From the NCBI GenBank assembly GCA_037142615.1, contig JBAXAI010000038.1:1-34519 (forward strand): DNA of 34,519 bases, written 5' to 3'. Source of the stretch: Spirochaetales bacterium. Its GTDB lineage: Bacteria > Spirochaetota > Spirochaetia > JABEVK01. The notes below the pieces were generated by a model. It was not told the DNA's origin. It ran no database searches and was given only the letters and a program-made list of their open reading frames with translations. Shown in pieces: positions 1-6,926 of this stretch; the first letter of the stretch is position 1, and the number at the start of each line of letters is the position of its first letter. The position numbers and the translations under genes were made by a program.

Positions 1-51
1 GGCCTGGACATCACCCAGCATAACGAGAAGGCCTACACGCTCATCGAATAA
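1..51 (+). CDS. amtB: 3' end of host ammonium transporter (partial)
   Basis: Frame 1 reads GLDITQHNEKAYTLIE*, matching the conserved Amt C-terminal GLDxxxHxExAY motif. It is on the opposite strand to the phage genes. Only 16 codons are visible. Confidence 0.7.
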   Translation, partial: GLDITQHNEKAYTLIE

Positions 52-170
52 AGCAAGGTATTTTATAGTAACGAAATAAAGGTTTTGTGGTTGATAAAAG
101 GGTAGATTCTACGAGTTTTTGGAAGCCGAAAATGGCAGAGAAGAGGGGTCTTTGGCTCGTTTTAAGCGAC
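52..170. other. probable prophage boundary / att region
   Basis: AT-rich gap between the host-type gene end and the last phage lysis gene. The att core cannot be defined without the other end of the prophage. Confidence 0.45.
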
Positions 171-172
171 AG

Positions 173-703
173 TCAGGGCAGCGCGTGAAAGACCACGTAG
201 AGTCCAAGAAGGCTGGCGACAGCCGTTGCACCGAAAGCGTAGTACATCCACCAGTCCCGGGCCGAAAGGGCACGCTCCAGAGCTCTGTCGGCTGCCTCGC
301 GGGCTTCATCGGTCGACTGTTTCAAGTCCATAAAGTCCCTCCGCGATTCGTCTAGCAAGTTCGAGGTCTCCGTCAATGCCGCTTCGGAGTCCTTGCGCGA
401 GGTCTCCGATTCTTCCAGCTGAGTCCTGAGCCCGTCTGATTCCTGCCGCGAGTCGGTCAGCGCGTTGCTGAGCGTCTGCGAGCTGGCCTGCAAGTCGCTG
501 ATTTGCTGCGAGCGCTCTAGCAGCCGAGTCAGCAGCGCTACAGAGGCTCTGGCCAAGGCTGACCTCTCGCTCGGCGACAGAGCGCCAGTAGCGGGCGGTA
601 TCGGGGTCTGGGCCGGGGCGGGTAACGGTCCACACGACAGCACCGCCAAGGCAAGCGCCAACCACCAGAACCGAAACAAACGCAAGCACCTGCCGCATGT
701 CAC
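173..703 (-). CDS. spanin-like protein: signal/lipobox, coiled coil and C-terminal TM
   Basis: RLFRFWWLALALAVLS-C signal, then a long heptad region and a terminal hydrophobic helix (WWMYYAFGATAVASLLGLYVVF). GTG at 703 overlaps the holin TGA; TTG at 685 is an alternative start. Confidence 0.6.
   Translation of the reverse strand: MTCGRCLRLFRFWWLALALAVLSCGPLPAPAQTPIPPATGALSPSERSALARASVALLTRLLERSQQISDLQASSQTLSNALTDSRQESDGLRTQLEESETSRKDSEAALTETSNLLDESRRDFMDLKQSTDEAREAADRALERALSARDWWMYYAFGATAVASLLGLYVVFHALP
306..698 (-). CDS. i-spanin (Rz)-like protein
   Basis: N-terminal TM (VLAFVSVLVVGACLGGAVVW) followed by an Ala/Arg-rich coiled coil. GAGGGGG SD. Lies directly after the holin. Confidence 0.65.
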   Translation of the reverse strand: MRQVLAFVSVLVVGACLGGAVVWTVTRPGPDPDTARYWRSVAEREVSLGQSLCSAADSAARALAANQRLAGQLADAQQRADRLAAGIRRAQDSAGRIGDLAQGLRSGIDGDLELARRIAEGLYGLETVDR

Positions 704-954
704 TTGTCCCCCTCGGTTCCGGGCTTGCGCCATAGCGACGAAAGCGACTGAAGCAGAAGGCCGGCGTCGACGGGGGCGAAAAAGGAGTAGGTCCAGAGTG
801 AAACCTGAGCCAGCGCCCAAGGGTCGACGGGGTGCGAGGTCATCACTCCAGCCCAGAAGCCCACAGGAATCTGCACGGCACAGAAGACCTTGGCCATGTT
901 GGCCGCCAGCTTCCACGGTTTACGGCGTCGGCGGTCGGTTCCGGTCGGGCTCAA
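700..954 (-). CDS. putative holin
   Basis: 84 aa with a basic N-terminus, hydrophobic segments and a charged C-terminus. Lies between the enzyme gene and the spanin-like genes, with ATGA coupling. Confidence 0.55.
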   Translation of the reverse strand: MSPTGTDRRRRKPWKLAANMAKVFCAVQIPVGFWAGVMTSHPVDPWALAQVSLWTYSFFAPVDAGLLLQSLSSLWRKPGTEGDK

Positions 955-1490
955 AGCATCACCAGTTCGGCGTCGATGACCGTACCGGGAGCCAAACCGT
1001 AGGCGTCGTAAATGTCGCCAAGCAGCTCGAGGTCATTCGGGTGGTGAATGATGCAGCCCGCGCTCCAGGCTACGCGGGTGACCTCGCCGGGCGCGGCCGG
1101 GGCGTGCTTCTGCGTGTCGTGCTCCAGCCAGCGGGCGAAGTCCACGGGCGCGCCGTTCTTGCCGGGAACCGGTTCGACGCTGCGGCCGTCTATTCGCTGG
1201 CCCTCGAGGTCGACCGCGTTGACGATGCCATGGATTCGACCCCGGAAAGCGCGCGGCTCGACGAAAAGCTTGATTCCGAAAATCCCTGGCGCAATTGTGT
1301 TGAGGAACCGCCCGCCCGGTATGTTCGCCACGGTCTGGACCTTGCACTCGTGCAGAATACGGCCGTTGTGCCAAAGCTGGAAAACGTCGAGCATGTTGTT
1401 TTTGTCGTTGTTGTCCCACGCGTCGGGAGAGTCCTTGCCTAGGCGTTTGAAGTCCAAACTGCGGGAATCCCGGTAGACTTTGATCGTCAT
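951..1490 (-). CDS. putative endolysin, L,D-transpeptidase (YkuD)-like Cys/His peptidase fold
   Basis: Only soluble enzyme-sized ORF in the lysis cassette. WLEHD...WSAGCII resembles the Hx(n)SxGC catalytic motif. Confidence 0.55.
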   Translation of the reverse strand: MTIKVYRDSRSLDFKRLGKDSPDAWDNNDKNNMLDVFQLWHNGRILHECKVQTVANIPGGRFLNTIAPGIFGIKLFVEPRAFRGRIHGIVNAVDLEGQRIDGRSVEPVPGKNGAPVDFARWLEHDTQKHAPAAPGEVTRVAWSAGCIIHHPNDLELLGDIYDAYGLAPGTVIDAELVML

Positions 1491-1876
1491 TTTTGACCCA
1501 CCAGCTTGACGATGATTTCATACCCGTTTTCGATCATCCAAAGAATCGCCGGAACACTGACTGCCAGAACGGCAACCCGCTGGGACATAGAAAACTTCTG
1601 GCGCGACGATGCCTTGTCGTGCTCTGTCGAGTGTGCCGCCAGCCGTCCCTCTATCGTCACGACCCGGGCCACCAGCTCATTGTGTTCGGCTACACGTTCG
1701 CGGTCTTTCGTGTAGAGGTCGTGAACGTCGTTCCGCCGCCGGTCGTTTTCGATCCGATACGACTCGGTGCTGGCGTTGAGTGATTCTTTCAGGTCTGCGA
1801 TTTGGGCCTTCATGGCCTCGAACTCGGGCTTGAAGATTTCCTTGAGCGCCAGTATGTCGTGCTGTGTGAGTGCCAT
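1487..1876 (-). CDS. coiled-coil membrane protein (XhlA/holin-accessory-like)
   Basis: Coiled coil plus one C-terminal TM (VAVLAVSVPAILWMI). First gene of the lysis cassette. Confidence 0.5.
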   Translation of the reverse strand: MALTQHDILALKEIFKPEFEAMKAQIADLKESLNASTESYRIENDRRRNDVHDLYTKDRERVAEHNELVARVVTIEGRLAAHSTEHDKASSRQKFSMSQRVAVLAVSVPAILWMIENGYEIIVKLVGQK

Positions 1877-1914
1877 GGTGTCAGCCTACTTCGTGGCGTC
1901 CGGCGTTTCTCAAA

Positions 1915-2265
1915 TCAGCTCACCAACCCGTGCTGCACCAGCGCATGGATCTCGGCAAGCGAGACCTTCAAGTCGTCGAGGCATCCGGCGGGGAGCTTGA
2001 ACAGATCGGCGTCAGTGATCCCGCAATCCTCGCCGGCGGCCTCGGCGATCTCGGCATTGAGCTTGGCCACCAGCGCCTCGCGGTCGCCTTCAGGGGCCGC
2101 CTGAGTCTTGGCCTGGGCCAACTGCACCGCTTCGGTGATCGACTTCGTGGCCTTCTCAAGGGCGATCACGTTCTTGCTGATAGCGAACGCGGCCTTGAAG
2201 GGAATCTCTTTGTCTTTGATCGCGGCGAGACCTCGGGTCAGCGCCAGAGCTTCGTTGTAGGTCAT
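1915..2265 (-). CDS. hypothetical helical protein after the tail fibre genes (DUF1617-like)
   Basis: ATG at 2265 with TAAGGA SD. The 'EIPFKAAFAISKN..ALE' pattern is typical of small post-tail phage proteins. Confidence 0.55.
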   Translation of the reverse strand: MTYNEALALTRGLAAIKDKEIPFKAAFAISKNVIALEKATKSITEAVQLAQAKTQAAPEGDREALVAKLNAEIAEAAGEDCGITDADLFKLPAGCLDDLKVSLAEIHALVQHGLVS

Positions 2266-2293
2266 GCGATTATCCTTAATAAGAGACAGTATT

Positions 2294-2713
2294 TTATGAC
2301 GAGGCGATGGAGTCAACAAGGGTTGGAGTATTCCCGCCAATCAAGGGAGAGTTTCTCCAAAGTGCAATGATGTTATCGGACGCACCGAAGAAGGTCATAC
2401 CCTCAGCCCTATATACTGCAATCTGTCCGTGTTCATCAGTTTCCAACCAATCGTGCAACTTGACTATTTCGGCAAAAAACAGTGCTACTCTTTCGTCCCT
2501 TGTTGAGTCCTTAAGACTTGTCCAAACCGCTGGGAATGCTTTTCCATCGATGTTGTAGTTGCAGTCGATACACAGGTCAATGGCTTCTTTGTTTGCAACC
2601 GTACCATATTTAGGACGGTAAACGAACTGCCCCCAAATCTGGTTGGTATCCCTTACTACTGTTACGCTTTTTTCCAAGAGAACCACTTCCCCGAAGTCTA
2701 TAATGATTGCCAT
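2294..2713 (-). CDS. hypothetical protein, possible tail fibre partner/chaperone
   Basis: 139-aa ORF with AAGGA SD inside the AT-richer fibre cassette. Confidence 0.55.
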   Translation of the reverse strand: MAIIIDFGEVVLLEKSVTVVRDTNQIWGQFVYRPKYGTVANKEAIDLCIDCNYNIDGKAFPAVWTSLKDSTRDERVALFFAEIVKLHDWLETDEHGQIAVYRAEGMTFFGASDNIIALWRNSPLIGGNTPTLVDSIASS

Positions 2714-2731
2714 GATATATTTCCTTTTTCG

Positions 2732-3696
2732 TCATGATGACGTTGTTATTGCAGTTAGTACGTGGGTAGTCCAGCTAGCACTCCCCACAGCGTGACCAGT
2801 GCCAGCGGTGCCTACCGTGCCAGCAGAACCCCCAGCCGTCCAACCTAAGTTATTACCACCCTTGCCACCAGAACGGGCGGCTCCAGCAGTACCACCACCG
2901 GCACCACCACCAGTATTATTTGCGGTTGCTCTTACACCAGCGGAGCCAGCCGGATAACCATTACCCCCACCACCACCTACCGCACCAGTACCCGCCCCAC
3001 CACCATTACCGCCACTCGCAAGTGCGGGTGTAGCGGCAGTAGCTTGTACAACACCAGCTTTAGATATTGACGATAGGGTGCCAACCCCATTCCCGCCAAC
3101 ATTCCCGCCAGTAGATCCGCCAGTACCATATGCTCCACCATTCCCACCCGGAGTACCCCCTGCTCCTGACACAGCCGTACCAACTACCGCAGTGATAGCA
3201 TCCCCCGAGGTGGCGAGAAAACTACCGGAAGAAGCACCAAACAACCCACCAGTATTTCCCGCACCACCACCTCCCCCACCAAATCCGTAGGAGAAGGTAT
3301 TACCACCACCACCACCACCACCAGAACCACCACCTCCACCACCAGTAGTTCCCGATTTTAAGGTGAAGGCTACATAAGGGTATCCAGTACCCGCAAGGGA
3401 GGCTGGGACTGTTGCAGGACTGGCGGCGGTTGTATCTGCAACTGCATAGCTCGCATAGTAGTTAATGGTTCCGATATTACATCTTAGATAGTTTCCAGTT
3501 GTTCCAACAGCCCAAGTTGGTGCGGTGTACAGGTAGGCATACCAAATGTCTGCCCCTTCTGGATTTGATGGGTTACTTCCCGCTGTCCACTTTACCCGTA
3601 TGTAAGCATTGGTGCAAACACCGACTTGGTTTTTGTACTGTAAAGAGGAACAGCATAAGTAGTTGCATTGGCACCCTTGAAGTATATGTATGGCAT
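2732..3696 (-). pseudogene. glycine-rich tail fibre/receptor-binding protein interrupted by a 1-nt frameshift
   Basis: ATG 3696 is TAATG-coupled to the upstream gene and reads MPYIYFKG...PLYSTK, stopping at 3592. The -1 frame is open from 3703 to 2732 and encodes NQVGVCTNAYIRV... plus the Gly-rich domain. One extra A in the A5 run (3630-3634) gives a single 321-aa protein. Confidence 0.75.
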
Positions 3697-6600
3697 TAGG
3701 TGCCTAACCAGATATTGCCAAGTTGAGTGATTGGTATATTCCAAGCAGTTGTGGCGGTATCGATAATATCCCATGCTGGAGCGGTTCCATTCGTCTGTCT
3801 TAGATACTTCTTTGTGGGCGTTGAGTTTGGAGAAAGCAGTGTTGTAGTATCTACCGCTGATTGATAAGGTATTGACCCAAGAATGCCGCCAAGAATGCTT
3901 GTAGGTTTTAGGCCACCTCCACCAGTCCATGTTGCTGGAACGGTTTGAGCAAGAGGGTTAAGTGTTGTAGCGTTGCCCGCAGATGTGATAGGGCCAGTCA
4001 GATTGGCGTTAGTTTCAGCTACGATATGAGTCAAGTTCAAGCCATTTCCATATAGATAGTTCGCCTGCACGCTATTCGCAGACAAGATTTCTGTGTATGT
4101 AGATCCAAATGGTCTCGTTGAAGAACCAATATCAGGCGTCATCCCTGCTTGTGCACTCGAAACAGGAACGAGCGAAGCATAGATATTTACTGGGTTAAAT
4201 ATGGCGATAACAGTTAGAATATGGGTGGTTAACCCCAAAATGTAGTACTCTCCTCCCGGGCCGTTTATAACTAGATTTGACAAGGTTAGGTCATACCTAG
4301 CGGTTGATATTTTTTGGCTGTCATAGGTGGCATATACGGAAACCGTCGCAGAAGTTGGGGTGTTTGGAAGAACTGATCTAAACCAGAGTCCAATCGTGGA
4401 TGCGTTTGTTCCAGAAGGGAAAACCTGCGATCCGCTCCATATATTGCTTGATTCAATTCCCCCCAGTCTCCCTCCTGACGTTACCGTTAGAAAGTTGTTT
4501 TCGTAGGAGATCGCGGAACTGTCGTTTCCAACGTAGAAAGAGGATGATGTCAACCTCGCACGATAGTCTGACCCGATATTGGCTTCATTGATCCAGAGTC
4601 CATTTTGACCTGACAGAGATCCCAGCCTTGAAATTACCGTGGCCCCCTGCTTGATGATATAACTAGAGTCTTTTCCTATCGTCCAATCACCGTTGGCATA
4701 CTGAACATCTCCCTCGATCCGCATATAGGTACTTTGCTTAGCCCAGAATCCATAGTCACTTGTTGACCAAACATCACTGGGGTCCATGTCCCACCACGTA
4801 TCATCAATTCCCGAAGGAGAGTGAATTGACGAAGACGGCCCGTTAATTGTCAGGCATTTGTAGGTGATTCCAGCCAGAGAGACCAAGTCCCCGACAGCGT
4901 AGTTTTTGACCGTAGAATATGGGCTTCCGTTTTTGAGCAGGCCACCAAGATATCCCATGGCTGTATTTACGGTTCCCAAGGAGTCCTTGACTTCGACACG
5001 GTTACTCGATGCGTTGAGCGTAATCATGGGGCTTCCAGCGGCGGAGCTATCCAATGTCGATGATCCGAGTATAAATCCGCCGATAGTCCCTTGCATCGCA
5101 TCAATGGAGCCTGTCGCCTTGTCTAGTTTGAATCCGCTCGTGCCTGCTACATAGTTGCTTGAAGTCAGGTCAACATTGATTGAAAGGCTGTTAAGTTCTG
5201 CCGTGCCGTCTGAGCGTAGAATAAATCCGGTTGTTCCAACAGCGTAGTTGGTCGATCTCAGAAAATCGGTCCCGATCTCGACTCCCCCTATGTGGCCAAG
5301 CTCAAAGTCCAGTGAACGGCCCTTTATGGCGTCGAAGAAGGCAGTCTTGGCAACAAGGTTCTGGATGTAGTTGATCGCCGCCGTGTTTCCGCCAAGGCTG
5401 GCGTCCTCGACGGCGAGGATATCGCCCATGGCCCCAGCAATATGGTCGCTTGCCGTGTCAGTCACCCAGCCCGCAGCGGTGTACTTCTGCATGACGTTTG
5501 CCGTCGAGTTGTAACACCAGTCACCAATGTTCGCCGTTGATGGGGCAGCCGTGACCGGGCCCAGATATTTCGGCACAAGGTTGCCCGAGCGAATGAAGTC
5601 ATTCTTCGCGGTGGCGTAGTTCGTCCAAGCCGCCGTGAAAGCTGCCGGGTCGATATCCTCTGGAATCGAAAGCCGGTCAGCGGACAACCAAAGCGGGTCG
5701 CCGATGGTCCACGTCGTCCCGCCGTTGAGGTAGTCGGCTAGCGCCTGGAACGCTGCAAGGTAGGCCGCCTTTTCGGCAACTAGCCCGTACTTGTCGGCAG
5801 TTAGGACAAATCCGTCTTTCTCAGAAGCGATCGTTACCCACTCCGTCCTCGCTCCAAGCTTCTCGACGGCAGAGAACACCCCGTCCGAAGCGATGTCGGC
5901 CAAAGTGTTGTTGGCCGCTTGGGCCGCTGTCAACGCAGCCTTGAGAGCGTACCCCGAGCGTGAAAAGAAGTTGTGGTTTTTGAGCTTGACGCTGACCTTG
6001 TACGAAACCCCGTCGTGGTGCGAAATCGTCCGTTCTGTCACGACGTAGTTGCCCACAATGCCCAGCTCGGGGCGGTTCACTGCCCACATACGGTAGAGCT
6101 GCGAAGCGGTCAGGTCGTGGCAGTAAAGGCTCAGGGTTTGCTCCCGTTCGCCGTAGGAGTCCAACAGCGTGACGGCCTCGGCGGCCGCCGAAGTCGGGTT
6201 TCGGATATCGCCGTCCTGCGTGACGGTTTCGATCTTGCCCGAGAACCCGGACGCGGCAGCAATGGAAGCCTTGAGCGCGGCATTGGTGGCGGTTCCTGTC
6301 GCTCCGGACGAAGCCCCTTTGACCACCTGCACCGTACGCAGGTCGGTGAACTCCACGCTCAGCTTGAGCCCCGAAATGTGCGCTGGAACCGTGGCGGCCG
6401 GGGAGTCGGTCGACACCTGGAAGTTGAACACCTTGTCGGGAGTAATCCAGAACGAGCATCCGCCCACCTTGGCGGCGATGTCCGACAGCACGTCATAGAC
6501 TTTAGTGTTCTGTGCCTGGTAGCGCTTGATAACAGGGGTGGTAGCCGACACCGCGCCAAGAATCAGGCCTTCTTCCAACAGGTAGGTCGTGAAAATGTCC

Positions 6601-6926
6601 GTGACGATTTGTGAATAGGTCTTGTTGTACCAGTTCTTGTTGGCCAGCCGGAACGTGAGCACCGTCTCAATCGAGACTACTTCGAGGGAGTAGACCTTCG
6701 CCTCGTACCCGGTTTGGTGTTCCGGGTATCCAACTGACTTGATGAGGCCCGCGAAAACCGTTGTCCCATCGACCACCAGCGAGCACGATTGAAGCGGCGT
6801 CGGAATCGCCTGCGCGTCAACACGAACCTCAACCGAAGTGGAGGATACCGCCCCGGCCTGCTGCTTGATCTGGTACGTGTCGAGCCCAACGTAGGTAACC
6901 CCCGAAATGACAACGCTAAGCGCCAT
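3696..6926 (-). CDS. tail tip / hub-central fibre protein (1076 aa)
   Basis: Directly follows the tape measure. Has a Tal/hub-like N-terminus, repeated 'SxNYxxGTxGFxL' units, a CBM5/12-like motif (YAVGDLVSLAGITYKCL) and fibre-type C-terminal motifs (GSIPYQSA). Confidence 0.8.
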   Translation of the reverse strand: MALSVVISGVTYVGLDTYQIKQQAGAVSSTSVEVRVDAQAIPTPLQSCSLVVDGTTVFAGLIKSVGYPEHQTGYEAKVYSLEVVSIETVLTFRLANKNWYNKTYSQIVTDIFTTYLLEEGLILGAVSATTPVIKRYQAQNTKVYDVLSDIAAKVGGCSFWITPDKVFNFQVSTDSPAATVPAHISGLKLSVEFTDLRTVQVVKGASSGATGTATNAALKASIAAASGFSGKIETVTQDGDIRNPTSAAAEAVTLLDSYGEREQTLSLYCHDLTASQLYRMWAVNRPELGIVGNYVVTERTISHHDGVSYKVSVKLKNHNFFSRSGYALKAALTAAQAANNTLADIASDGVFSAVEKLGARTEWVTIASEKDGFVLTADKYGLVAEKAAYLAAFQALADYLNGGTTWTIGDPLWLSADRLSIPEDIDPAAFTAAWTNYATAKNDFIRSGNLVPKYLGPVTAAPSTANIGDWCYNSTANVMQKYTAAGWVTDTASDHIAGAMGDILAVEDASLGGNTAAINYIQNLVAKTAFFDAIKGRSLDFELGHIGGVEIGTDFLRSTNYAVGTTGFILRSDGTAELNSLSINVDLTSSNYVAGTSGFKLDKATGSIDAMQGTIGGFILGSSTLDSSAAGSPMITLNASSNRVEVKDSLGTVNTAMGYLGGLLKNGSPYSTVKNYAVGDLVSLAGITYKCLTINGPSSSIHSPSGIDDTWWDMDPSDVWSTSDYGFWAKQSTYMRIEGDVQYANGDWTIGKDSSYIIKQGATVISRLGSLSGQNGLWINEANIGSDYRARLTSSSFYVGNDSSAISYENNFLTVTSGGRLGGIESSNIWSGSQVFPSGTNASTIGLWFRSVLPNTPTSATVSVYATYDSQKISTARYDLTLSNLVINGPGGEYYILGLTTHILTVIAIFNPVNIYASLVPVSSAQAGMTPDIGSSTRPFGSTYTEILSANSVQANYLYGNGLNLTHIVAETNANLTGPITSAGNATTLNPLAQTVPATWTGGGGLKPTSILGGILGSIPYQSAVDTTTLLSPNSTPTKKYLRQTNGTAPAWDIIDTATTAWNIPITQLGNIWLGT

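Noticed and set aside
3302-3343. (ACC)n trinucleotide run as a microsatellite or CRISPR-like repeat
   Set aside because: It encodes the poly-Gly stretch of the fibre protein; there are no spacers and length changes would keep the frame.
2732-6926. Diversity-generating retroelement or invertible tail fibre switch
   Set aside because: I saw no reverse transcriptase, invertase, TR/VR pair or flanking inverted repeats in the window.
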